Source: Limnothrix sp. BL-A-16
GTDB lineage: Bacteria; Cyanobacteriota; Cyanobacteriia; CACIAM-69d
Direction of reading: 5' to 3'
Length of the DNA stretch: 64,000 bases
NCBI GenBank assembly: GCA_041937175.2
Contig: CP166615.1
Span: 512,001-576,000 of the forward strand
The notes beneath the pieces were generated by a model. The model did no database searches. It saw nothing but the letters and a program-made list of their open reading frames with translations, and was not told the origin of the DNA. Shown here one piece after another: positions 51,284-60,088 of this stretch. A program made the position numbers and the translations under genes. Numbering within the stretch: position 1 is the stretch's first letter; every line of letters starts with the position of its first letter.

Positions 51284-51432
51284 TTAGGACATGTCGTCAT
51301 TTCCTGGAGCGAGGTTGAAATGGTTGATCTTTCGTACCCCAACCGTCGTAACAAGGGGCTTAAGCCCCTTGCTGCTACACGATCCGCTAACGGTGGAATT
51401 AGGACTTTGGGCGGTTTGACGACAGCCCCTGC
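51284..51432. mobile_element. MITE-like element, type B (second copy)
   Basis: TA|GGACATGTCGTCA ... TGACGACAGCCCC. Perfect core at 51352-51371. Internal sequence is collinear with the 30684 copy (GTCGTCATTTCCT..., TCGTAACAAG..., CACGAT). Confidence 0.78.
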
Positions 51433-51436
51433 GCTC

Positions 51437-52552
51437 ATGATTCGACCTCGCCTGTTGCTGCTGACTGGTTGCCTACTGAGTGCGATCGCGGCGATCGCCC
51501 CGAGCCAGCCCGCGATCGCCCAAACCAGCTACAGCCTGGAGAGCTGGCAAGGGGATGTGAGATTAACCCGATCGGGTGGGCGCGAACAACGACTGACGCG
51601 CCAAACCGGGCGACGGTTGGACGCTCCGGATCAGTTGCGGCTGCAAGGGCGACGCAGTTGGGCTAATGTGCGCTGTCCGCAAGGCTTGGTGCTTTGGAAT
51701 GAAGTGCGCCAATCGCGATCGGTTGAGGAAATCTGTAACCCGTCCGGCACCATCAGCCGAAGCACGGACACTCGCGGCATCATTGCAGACCTGTCGGCGA
51801 TCGCCGCTTGTAGGTTTATGCCCAAGACCTACTTTGCGCCCCAGGTTGAGCAATTTTCTTGGCCCATGGAACCCACCGCCCGCCGCTATCGGGTGGAGTG
51901 GGTCGATCGCGATCGACAGGTCACGATCTGGCGCGGAGAAACCACCGCGACCCAACTGGCCTACCGCGGCCCCCGCTTGACCGGCCGGCGCTATGGCTTG
52001 CAGGTAACGGCGATCGGCGCGAACAATCGGCCCATCAGCACTTATACCTTGAATCATGTTTTGTCCCTGCCCAGTGAGTCAGCCCAAACATTTGCGAGCG
52101 ATTGGGCAGCAATTACGGGCGATCGCACCCTGATGCCCGATAGCCTGCGCTGGGCCCGGGCGGATTTGGCCCTGTCGGTCAGTCGGGCGGAGAGAGATCC
52201 GGAGCTGTGGTGGACGGTGGTGGCGCAACTGTCGCCGGAAGCCGACACCAAAAGTCCCATGGCTCACTTGCGTTTGGCCTTGGCTTATTTGTACCTGAAC
52301 CGGGGAACGGAAGCGCAACGGATGGCGCGGCGGGCCTTGGCTGCGATCGGGCAATCGCCTTCAGTGGAGCGGGCGGAGGCATTGCTGATGTTGGCGACGG
52401 CTTCGATGGTGATTAACGACTATCCCGAAGCGACAAGGGCGCTCACAGAGGCGCGATCGATCTATCAAGGTTTGTCAGAAACCAGTCAAGTGGAGTCGAT
52501 CGATTTTGTGTTCAATCAACTCGATCGCCGTTCTAATCAACCTTGTAACTGA
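51437..52552 (+). CDS. Predicted secreted protein with a beta-rich N-terminus and C-terminal TPR-like helices
   Basis: Signal peptide MIRPRLLLLTGCLLSAIAAIAPSQPAIA. The start is placed after the MITE. Confidence 0.75.
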   Translation: MIRPRLLLLTGCLLSAIAAIAPSQPAIAQTSYSLESWQGDVRLTRSGGREQRLTRQTGRRLDAPDQLRLQGRRSWANVRCPQGLVLWNEVRQSRSVEEICNPSGTISRSTDTRGIIADLSAIAACRFMPKTYFAPQVEQFSWPMEPTARRYRVEWVDRDRQVTIWRGETTATQLAYRGPRLTGRRYGLQVTAIGANNRPISTYTLNHVLSLPSESAQTFASDWAAITGDRTLMPDSLRWARADLALSVSRAERDPELWWTVVAQLSPEADTKSPMAHLRLALAYLYLNRGTEAQRMARRALAAIGQSPSVERAEALLMLATASMVINDYPEATRALTEARSIYQGLSETSQVESIDFVFNQLDRRSNQPCN

Positions 52553-52624
52553 TCAAAGCGATCGCCATGGCATCTGAGTTGGTAATTCATGCGGGCTTTG
52601 GAGCAATCAAACCAACTGACTGTT

Positions 52625-52969
52625 TCATGTAAGTTGATCGATTAATGACTGAATCGGAATTCTGAGTTCAGGAATGTCTTGAGTAGCTGTAAGCCAAACT
52701 GTTGCAAGATCAACACCAAAATAATGATGAATCAACTTATCCCTCATGCCTGCCATTTGACTCCAGGGAATTGACGATTGTTGATCTCGTAGCTCTGATG
52801 AAAGCTGCTTGGTTGCTTCACCGATGATTTCGAGTTGACGAATTGTTCCATCTTGAATCAGCGAATTTGTCAAAAATTCGTCTTTTCCGATTCCTTGTAA
52901 ATAAGTGTCTATCTTCTGGATGGCATCAAGAATATGGTGCAAGTAAACCGAGTCATTGAACTTTTTCAT
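52625..52969 (-). CDS. HepT-like (DUF86/HEPN) RNase toxin
   Basis: LEIIGEA, IPW..M.GMRDKLIHHYFGVD (RX4HXY). Confidence 0.92.
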   Translation of the reverse strand: MKKFNDSVYLHHILDAIQKIDTYLQGIGKDEFLTNSLIQDGTIRQLEIIGEATKQLSSELRDQQSSIPWSQMAGMRDKLIHHYFGVDLATVWLTATQDIPELRIPIQSLIDQLT

Positions 52970-53291
52970 GATTTGAAAAATTCGCTTTTTGATCATGTTG
53001 ACTTGCGTCGTAGATGATCTTTAGCTCGCTCAGGATATTGTCGCGGAGATAGGGGGAAATTGCGCCTTCGGTGAGTAGGTCAATGGGACGATCGAGGGCG
53101 GTGGCGAGGGCTTGTTCGAGGGCAATGCAAGCTAACAGGCTAGTGGGGCGATCGAAGGTCACCACTAAGTCAATGTCGCTGTTGTCGGTGGCTTCGCCTC
53201 GGGCCATGGAACCAAACAGACCGATTTTGCAAACGTGGTGCGCTTGGCAAAGGGAAATCAGGCGATCGACATCAAAGGGCAAGGGCGGCAT
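52953..53291 (-). CDS. MNT minimal nucleotidyltransferase antitoxin
   Basis: LFGSMARGEATDNSDIDL (GSX10DXD). Overlaps the HepT start. Confidence 0.92.
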   Translation of the reverse strand: MPPLPFDVDRLISLCQAHHVCKIGLFGSMARGEATDNSDIDLVVTFDRPTSLLACIALEQALATALDRPIDLLTEGAISPYLRDNILSELKIIYDASQHDQKANFSNHEKVQ

Positions 53292-53384
53292 GGGGCGATC
53301 GAGCGGGGTGGTTGTGGTCTAGTGTATCGGGCGGGAAATGGCAGCGGCTAGACTGGGGGTGAGCAGCATTTGCGGAGGATGCCT

Positions 53385-54203
53385 ATGTCTGTTTCGCCTG
53401 CGATCGGCGCGTCGTCTGAGCCGGTGATGGATGCGGGGGCGGGGGCGGCTACTGCTGAAAGTCGCCATCCGGCTTCCCCGTGGTTTGATCCGTCGGATCA
53501 AATTGTTTGGCCGGCTGCTGATTTAGACAGTTGTGAGCTGCCCTTGGAATCTGATCTGCATCTCTTCCAAATTATTTTGCTGCTGCAATCTTTGCAGTGG
53601 GCCTGGCGCGATCGCCCCAATTTCTATGCGGCAGGCAACCTGACGATTTATTACAGCCCGAATCAAAAGAAGAGTGAATATTTTCGGGGGTCAGACTTTT
53701 TTGTGGTGCTGGGGGTTGAGCCGCATCCACGCAAAAGTTGGGTGGTGTGGAATGAAAATGGTCAATATCCCCATGTGATTATTGAGTTGTTGTCTCCTTC
53801 GACGGCGGCGACCGATCGCGGTGAGAAAAAGCAAATTTATCAAGATATTTTCCGCACACCCAATTATTTTTGGTTTGATCCGCAGGGGGGCGAGGAACTG
53901 GCGGGGTTTCAGTTAATTAATGGGCGGTACGAGGCGATCGACCCGAACGATCGCGGGTGGCTGTGGAGCGAGCCGTTGGGGTTGTATTTGGGTTGCAATG
54001 GGGGGCGGTTGCGCTTTTTTGGTGTGGAGGGGGAGTTGTTGCCCACACCGGAGGAGTCGGCGTTGCAATCTGAGGCGGAATTGGCGCGGGTGCAAGCGGA
54101 GGCGCGATCGGCTCAGGAGCGTTGGCAATTGGAGCAGGCAAAGAATCAGCAGCTTGCGGATAAGTTACGGGAATTGGGCATTGATCCCGATGCGTTGGGA
54201 TGA
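53385..54203 (+). CDS. Uma2 family (DUF820) PD-(D/E)xK endonuclease-like protein
   Basis: LESDLH, GNLTIYYS, DFFVV, RKSWVVW.E, IELLSPST..D..EKK and coiled-coil tail 'LRELGIDP'. RBS GGAGG. Confidence 0.93.
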   Translation: MSVSPAIGASSEPVMDAGAGAATAESRHPASPWFDPSDQIVWPAADLDSCELPLESDLHLFQIILLLQSLQWAWRDRPNFYAAGNLTIYYSPNQKKSEYFRGSDFFVVLGVEPHPRKSWVVWNENGQYPHVIIELLSPSTAATDRGEKKQIYQDIFRTPNYFWFDPQGGEELAGFQLINGRYEAIDPNDRGWLWSEPLGLYLGCNGGRLRFFGVEGELLPTPEESALQSEAELARVQAEARSAQERWQLEQAKNQQLADKLRELGIDPDALG

Positions 54204-54234
54204 TTGAAGCTGACGTGATGTTGCTGGCTTGTTG

Positions 54235-54561
54235 TTAAGCGGTGGCGTGGGTGTCTTGTTCGTTGGGCTGATTGTCTCGATCGGCGATGAGTTGCTGTAG
54301 GGAAATTTTGGGGGTTGGAGTTGTTGACTCGTTGGGTTGCTGTTGGGCGATTTGAGTTTCGGTTTCTTCAAGGGAAAGAATCGGTAATTCAAAGGCTTCT
54401 TTGAACCATTGCAGGAGTTGCAGTAGTTCTTCGGCGGAGGAGCCAACGACGCTGACGGGGGCTTTGCTGATTTTGAGGATTTGGTTGTTGCGATCGCAGA
54501 AGATTTCGCGGATGGAGTGGCGACCTTGGCAATCGCGAAAGACTCGATATGTCCAAAGCAT
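54235..54561 (-). CDS. Hypothetical protein coupled to a RelE toxin (candidate antitoxin)
   Basis: ATG 3 nt after the RelE stop, with GGAGG inside the RelE 3' end. Acidic C-terminal half. Confidence 0.7.
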   Translation of the reverse strand: MLWTYRVFRDCQGRHSIREIFCDRNNQILKISKAPVSVVGSSAEELLQLLQWFKEAFELPILSLEETETQIAQQQPNESTTPTPKISLQQLIADRDNQPNEQDTHATA

Positions 54562-54564
54562 CGT

Positions 54565-54852
54565 TTAGCCTCCTAGTCCATGAAAAATTACAGTGTTGTT
54601 TGGTTTTTCACCAATTCGTTTAATGCTGACAATTTTGATTGCATCATCAACATTGTAAAAGACTCGAAAGATACCAACTCTCAGCTCCCATTCTGCGATG
54701 TCTGGTGGATTGCGTTTGAACCGGTTTCTGGTTTCTAGAGTTGGTTCATAAACGAGCTGATCTTGGATAGCATCAATGACGATGTTTTGCTCGAATTTTT
54801 TGAGGTAACGCAGATCTTGCACAGCCTGCGAAGTGAATTCAACCTCATACAT
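54565..54852 (-). CDS. RelE/ParE family toxin
   Basis: MYEVEFTSQAVQDL..L...WELRVGIFRVFYNVD...IV.I..IG.K. Confidence 0.88.
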   Translation of the reverse strand: MYEVEFTSQAVQDLRYLKKFEQNIVIDAIQDQLVYEPTLETRNRFKRNPPDIAEWELRVGIFRVFYNVDDAIKIVSIKRIGEKPNNTVIFHGLGG

Positions 54853-54967
54853 AGTTTTGAAACAAGTTTTTAACTGTTACTTCAATTTTAGACGATAGCT
54901 AGCAACTGTGGCACTGCTGGTTGTCAATAAGTTAGATTAGCGGCGGATTGTTTGGTGAGGCGAAACC

Positions 54968-57900
54968 ATGATGCAGCGGTGGGGATTGGCGGGGGCGTTG
55001 GGGGTGTGGTTGTGGGCTTATCCGGTGGGGGCACTGGAGTCGCGGACGGTTCAAGGAGAGCTGACAGCAACAGATGAAAAAATTGGCGACAAGGTTTTTG
55101 ATTCGTATCAGTTTTCTGGGCGAGCTGGTGAAACAGTTGCCATTGAGACTAGAAGTCAAGACTTCAATACGATAATTGTTTTAGTTGACTCGACCGCTAA
55201 TCCTTTGGCGGGTGATGATGACAGTGGCATTAGTACAAATTCATTACTGGTTTTTGAGCTGCCTAAAACGGGTCAGTATGGAATTTTAGTGGTTTCAAAA
55301 TTACCCAATCAGCTTGGCAAATATGAGCTGAGCTGGAGAGCAGCAACACAAGCAGATCAATGGCGAGTTGAAGCGAGTCGCTTGAATCAACAAGCTGTAC
55401 AGCTTTATCAAAAAAGTCAGTTCAGGGAAGCTATTGCCCTACTCCAAAAGGTACTAGATCTCTACCGTGCTGCAAAAGATCGCGCGGGCGAAGGCGTAAC
55501 CCTCAACAACATCGGCGAAGTTTATAGAAGTTTGGGACAATACCCACAAGCGCTGGAGCAGTACCGCCAAGCTCTGGCGATTCGCAAAGAAGTGGGCGAT
55601 CGCGCGGGCGAAGGCACAACCCTCAACAACATCGGCTTGGTTTACGACAATTTGGGTCAATACCCGCAAGCGCTGGAGCAGTACCGCCAAGCCCTGGCGA
55701 TTAGTAAAGAAGTGGGCGATCGCGCGGGCGAAGGCACAACCCTCAACAACATCGGCTTGGTTTACCAGAGTTTGGGTCAATACCCGCAAGCGCTGGAGTA
55801 TTACCGCCAAGCCCTGGCGATTAGTAAAGAAGTGGGCGATCGCGCGGGCGAAGGCACAACCCTCAACAACATCGGCGCGGTTTACGACAGTTTGGGTCAA
55901 TACCCGCAAGCGCTGGAGCAGTTCCACCAAGCCCTGGCGATTCGCAAAGAAGTGGGCGATCGCGCGGGCGAAGGCACAACCCTCAACAACATCGGCGCGG
56001 TTTACGACAGTTTGGGACAATACCCGCAAGCGCTGGAGCAGTTCCGCCAAGCCCTGGCGATTCGCAAAGAAGTGGGAGATCGCGCGGGCGAAGGCGTAAC
56101 TCTCGCCAGCATCGGTTTGGTTTACGACAGTTTGGGACAATACCCGCAAGCGCTGGAGCAGTTCCGCCAAGCCCTGGCGATTCGCAAAGAAGTGGGAGAT
56201 CGCGCGGGCGAAGGCGTGACTCTCGCCAGCATTGGCTTGGTTTACTACAGTCTAGGACAATACCCGCAAGCGCTGGAGCAGTTCCGCCAAGCCCTGGCGA
56301 TTCGCAAAGAAGTGGGCGATCGCGCGGGCGAAGGCGCAACCCTCGCCAACATCGGCGCGGTTTACTACAGTCTAGGACAATACCCACAAGCGCTGGAGCA
56401 GTACCGCCAAGCCCTGGCGATTCGCAAAGAAGTGGGCGATCGCGCGGGCGAAGGCACAACCCTTAACAACATCGGCGCGGTTTACCAAGATTTAGGTCAA
56501 TACCCGCAAGCGCTGGAGCAGTACCGCCAAGCCCTGGCGATTAGCAAAGAAGTGGGAGATCGCGCGGGCGAAGGCACAACCCTCAACAACATCGGCGGGG
56601 TTTACAAAAGTTTGGGTCAATACCCGCAAGCGCTGGAGCAGTACCGCCAATCCCTAGCGATTTGCAAGGAAGTGCACGATCGCGCGGGCGAAGGCACAAC
56701 CCTCAACAACATCGGCTTCATTCTCTCAGCTCAACAGAAACCGATCGCCGCGATCGCCCTCTTCAAACAATCTGTTGCTGTCCGTGAATCTATTCGCCAA
56801 GACAACCGTGTTCTCACCCCAGAGCAACAAAAATCCTATACAGAAACTGTTGCTCACACCTATCGTGAACTTGCCAATTTGTTGATTAATCAAGGGCGAT
56901 TTGTGGAAGCCGAGCGTGTCCTTGACTTGTTAGCCATCCAAGAACTCAGCAACTACGACCCAGAAAACCGAGCCACCATCGACCCACTAGGAAAAATCCA
57001 ATTCACCCCAGCCGAACAAGCCATCCTTGACAAACACAACAGCATCATCGAATTTGCCCAAAAACTAGCCACCTGCAACAACAATTGCAGCCCCGATTTA
57101 CAACAGAAATACGACAAGCTCGCTCAGGAATTCCAAGCAGTTATTGCCCAAGTTGCGGAACAGGCCCGCCAACGGGAAGAACGCGGCATTCAAGACCCCG
57201 AAGAATTGCGAACCGGCGCGGCCGAAGTGGTGAAACAACAACCGGGAACGATCGTGATTCAAACGATCGTGCAGCGCCCCGAAGAAACCACCGATAAACG
57301 CGGTCGTTTGTGGCTGCTTTGGGTCACGGCGGGCGAAGTTGCCAACTTCCGAGAAGTGATTTTGCCCAGCGACTTTCGGCAGACCGTGTTTGAATTTCGT
57401 CGCGCTTTGACCCAGCCCGATGCCGACCCCGCTACCCTGAAAGCCTTGGGTCGCAAACTCTATGGCTGGCTAATTAAACCCCTTGAAACGGAACTGAAAG
57501 CCAACGACATTCAGCATTTGATCTTTCGGCTCGATCGGGAATTGCGCTACATCCCCGTCGCCGCCTTGCATGATGGCGAAGGCTACCTAGTCGAAAAATA
57601 CAGCGTCGCCAATTTTGTCACCCTGGGCGATTTGGATCTGACCGATCGCCTCGATATCCCCGATCGCACTCGGATTGCTGCCTTTGGACGCACCACGGGC
57701 CATGGCCAATTCAAACCCCTGGACTACGTGGCCGATGAGGTGGATGCGATCGTCCGAGAAGTCGATCGCTCCGATCCCCAAGGCGGCTTCTATCCCGGCT
57801 CCAGCTACTTGAATGAGGGTTTCACACGCGATCGGCTGCAAACCAGCTTGCTGAACCAGAACCGAATTTTGCACCTGGCCACCCACGGCAGCTTCAGCCC

Positions 57901-58348
57901 AATCACTGCCGCCAACTCATTCCTGCTGTTGGGTCGGGGCAATGATCAGCTCCCCTTGCCGCAAGTGGAAACCCTGCGCGGCTTGGGCAGTTTGCATTTG
58001 GTGGTGTTGTCAGCTTGCGAAACGGCCTTAACCGGCGACCCAGACGAAACAGGGCTGCGAGGGGCCGACGGTCGAGAAATCAACAGCCTGGCCTATTCCT
58101 TCACTCGGGCCAAACGAGCTAAAGCGATCCTGGCCAGTCTGTGGAACGTGAACGATCGCTCCACTAGCTTGCTGATGCGGGAGTTCTATCGCCGCCTCGC
58201 CGCTGACCCCAAGCTGACCAAAGCCGAAGCTTTGCGCCAAGCCCAACTCGCCTTTTTGCAAGGGAAACTGACCCGATCGGGCGAAGTGGCCAACCCCGCC
58301 CACCCGTTCTATTGGTCGCCCTTTGTGCTCACGGGGAATAGCTGGTGA
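54968..58348 (+). CDS. Secreted PPC + TPR-array + CHAT (caspase-like) protease
   Basis: Signal peptide, PPC-like 'DSYQFSG.AG...DDDSG...NSLL', TPR array, CHAT catalytic motifs LHLATHG and LVVLSACET, and tail HPFYWSPFVLTG. Confidence 0.93.
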   Translation: MMQRWGLAGALGVWLWAYPVGALESRTVQGELTATDEKIGDKVFDSYQFSGRAGETVAIETRSQDFNTIIVLVDSTANPLAGDDDSGISTNSLLVFELPKTGQYGILVVSKLPNQLGKYELSWRAATQADQWRVEASRLNQQAVQLYQKSQFREAIALLQKVLDLYRAAKDRAGEGVTLNNIGEVYRSLGQYPQALEQYRQALAIRKEVGDRAGEGTTLNNIGLVYDNLGQYPQALEQYRQALAISKEVGDRAGEGTTLNNIGLVYQSLGQYPQALEYYRQALAISKEVGDRAGEGTTLNNIGAVYDSLGQYPQALEQFHQALAIRKEVGDRAGEGTTLNNIGAVYDSLGQYPQALEQFRQALAIRKEVGDRAGEGVTLASIGLVYDSLGQYPQALEQFRQALAIRKEVGDRAGEGVTLASIGLVYYSLGQYPQALEQFRQALAIRKEVGDRAGEGATLANIGAVYYSLGQYPQALEQYRQALAIRKEVGDRAGEGTTLNNIGAVYQDLGQYPQALEQYRQALAISKEVGDRAGEGTTLNNIGGVYKSLGQYPQALEQYRQSLAICKEVHDRAGEGTTLNNIGFILSAQQKPIAAIALFKQSVAVRESIRQDNRVLTPEQQKSYTETVAHTYRELANLLINQGRFVEAERVLDLLAIQELSNYDPENRATIDPLGKIQFTPAEQAILDKHNSIIEFAQKLATCNNNCSPDLQQKYDKLAQEFQAVIAQVAEQARQREERGIQDPEELRTGAAEVVKQQPGTIVIQTIVQRPEETTDKRGRLWLLWVTAGEVANFREVILPSDFRQTVFEFRRALTQPDADPATLKALGRKLYGWLIKPLETELKANDIQHLIFRLDRELRYIPVAALHDGEGYLVEKYSVANFVTLGDLDLTDRLDIPDRTRIAAFGRTTGHGQFKPLDYVADEVDAIVREVDRSDPQGGFYPGSSYLNEGFTRDRLQTSLLNQNRILHLATHGSFSPITAANSFLLLGRGNDQLPLPQVETLRGLGSLHLVVLSACETALTGDPDETGLRGADGREINSLAYSFTRAKRAKAILASLWNVNDRSTSLLMREFYRRLAADPKLTKAEALRQAQLAFLQGKLTRSGEVANPAHPFYWSPFVLTGNSW
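55478..56717 (+). repeat. Near-identical 120-bp tandem repeats (40-aa TPR units), 10 full copies plus a partial one
   Basis: GATCGCGCGGGCGAAGGC recurs every 120 bp from 55478 to 56678. Confidence 0.97.
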
Positions 58349-58365
58349 GGATTGAACAGCAACCA

Positions 58366-59355
58366 CTATCGCGACTGGAAAATGTTTTGCACCATCACCC
58401 GATCGAGGCCCGCCGCCACCCGATCGAGTTCGGCCACCTCGCCCGCATCCAGCAACCAGCCGATCGCCCCCGTGTTTTCCTTGGCCTGAATCAGGGATTT
58501 GGCCCCGGGAATCGGGATTGTGCCCTTGGCGATGCACCAGTTCAGCGCCACTTGGGCGATGGTTTTGGAACGTGCCTGGGCGATCGCCCCCAAACAGTCG
58601 AGCAAGGGTTGCAGCCCCGGTAATAGTTGCCGAAACAGCACCCCGCGAATTCCCTTCGGGAGGGTCGTTTGGGGGTTGTATTTACCCGTGAGCAAACCCA
58701 ACCCCAGGGGGCTGTAAGCAATCAGTTTGATCCCCAATTCATCGCAAGTTTCTTTCAGGCCTAATTCCGTGACCGGGTAGGTGGACAGCAGGGAATATTG
58801 CACTTGCAACGTGGCGATCGGGATGCCGCGTTCTTGGAATCGGCGGTGAACCTGTCGTAGCCGCTGGGGGCCAAAGTTCGAGAGGCCCACACCGCGCACC
58901 AGTCCTTGTTCGTAAAGGTCGCACAGCCCATCCAGGAGCGCCCATTCTTGCCAGGGGGCATAGTTGGCCGTGGACCAGTGCAGTTGGGCCAAGTCCACTC
59001 GTCCCAGGCGCTTGGCTGAAGCTGCACAGGCCCTGACCATGGATCCCCGAGTCAGTCGCCAGGGATAGGCCGCGAGCTTGGTGGCCAAACAGAGGCGATC
59101 GCCCTGCGGGCCCCGGTAGTCCCGGGCAAATTGCCCCAAAAGTTGCTCACTGCGGCCGTTTAGCCGTCCCGTGCCGTAGGAATCGCCCGTGTCAAACAGT
59201 GTCACGCCGGCCGCCATGCAGTGGTTAAACACCTGCTGCAACTCGCTGTCCATGGTTTCGTCATAACCCCAGAGCAGCCGGTTGCCCCAAGCCCAAGTGC
59301 CGCAACCCATCACGGGCAGGGCGATCGCCGAATTCTGCATCAGTCCGAGTTTCAT
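58366..59355 (-). CDS. Aldo/keto reductase
   Basis: GCGTWAWG, FDTGDSYG, ATK, QLHW, GLSNF, QVQYSLL, AYSPL and IPIPGAK. Confidence 0.93.
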   Translation of the reverse strand: MKLGLMQNSAIALPVMGCGTWAWGNRLLWGYDETMDSELQQVFNHCMAAGVTLFDTGDSYGTGRLNGRSEQLLGQFARDYRGPQGDRLCLATKLAAYPWRLTRGSMVRACAASAKRLGRVDLAQLHWSTANYAPWQEWALLDGLCDLYEQGLVRGVGLSNFGPQRLRQVHRRFQERGIPIATLQVQYSLLSTYPVTELGLKETCDELGIKLIAYSPLGLGLLTGKYNPQTTLPKGIRGVLFRQLLPGLQPLLDCLGAIAQARSKTIAQVALNWCIAKGTIPIPGAKSLIQAKENTGAIGWLLDAGEVAELDRVAAGLDRVMVQNIFQSR

Positions 59356-60088
59356 CAACGGGTTGCACCAACGGTTTCCTAGTCTAGTGGAAGGATGGGG
59401 CATCGGTGCTGCTGGGGGGCGACTTGGGGTACAACCGGATTTAATCCGACTCAGCACCCTCCAAGGTCTGGCTCAGTCATTACCTCCGGTGAGCCGTTCC
59501 CGAGGCAATTTCTTGGCCCCCGTTTGGGCACATTAAAAAGTAGGGAGCAACGCGGAACGGGACTCCTTGGGGGAAGAAACTGGGTTCGATCGGGCGATCC
59601 CCGTCAGGAGCCGGTTTTGTGAATCTTCCTGGTTGGGCCCGGGCGCTGGATCTGCCGACTCGATCGGTTGGTCTGGAGGATGATCCAGTCATCTGACTGA
59701 AAATGCTCAGTGTTTTCAGGGATTTCAGCGGGGTTAATTAAGCTTGAGCGTCCTAGCTGAGCCTATCGATGGTTGAACCATTTCGCCCCCAGTGAATTGA
59801 TGGTTGAGTGATGAAAACCAAAGTTCTTGAATGTATAAAATGCGTCTCGAAACTCAATTGGGTTTAAGATTTTCGTCAATTTTCTGATCTAAACTATAAA
59901 TTTTCGATTGCGGGTTTCAGTTCCCTAAAATGCCCTTTGGTTCTGATCGAAAATATTAATGTAATTTAACAAGAAAATAATTGCTAATTTTTGTGGCGAG
60001 GATGGTCATCAAGGTTTGCTAATTTTTGTTTAAAAGGATAATAAGATAATCTCGGCATTTCTGGGATTTAGGGCTTATCGCTAAGATT

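Noticed and set aside
50987..51436. N-terminal extension of the 521-aa ORF
   Set aside because: It overlaps the preceding gene and reads through a MITE. A clear signal peptide starts at 51437.
55478..56717. CRISPR array or diversity-generating retroelement
   Set aside because: The repeats are contiguous, in frame and have no unique spacers. Some changes are at adenines (AACAAC to GCCAGC) but others are not, and no reverse transcriptase or separate template repeat is in the window.
49663..58348. tRNA-Gly-anchored genomic island
   Set aside because: The accessory genes lie on the 5' side of the tRNA, and no integrase or duplicated tRNA 3' end was seen.
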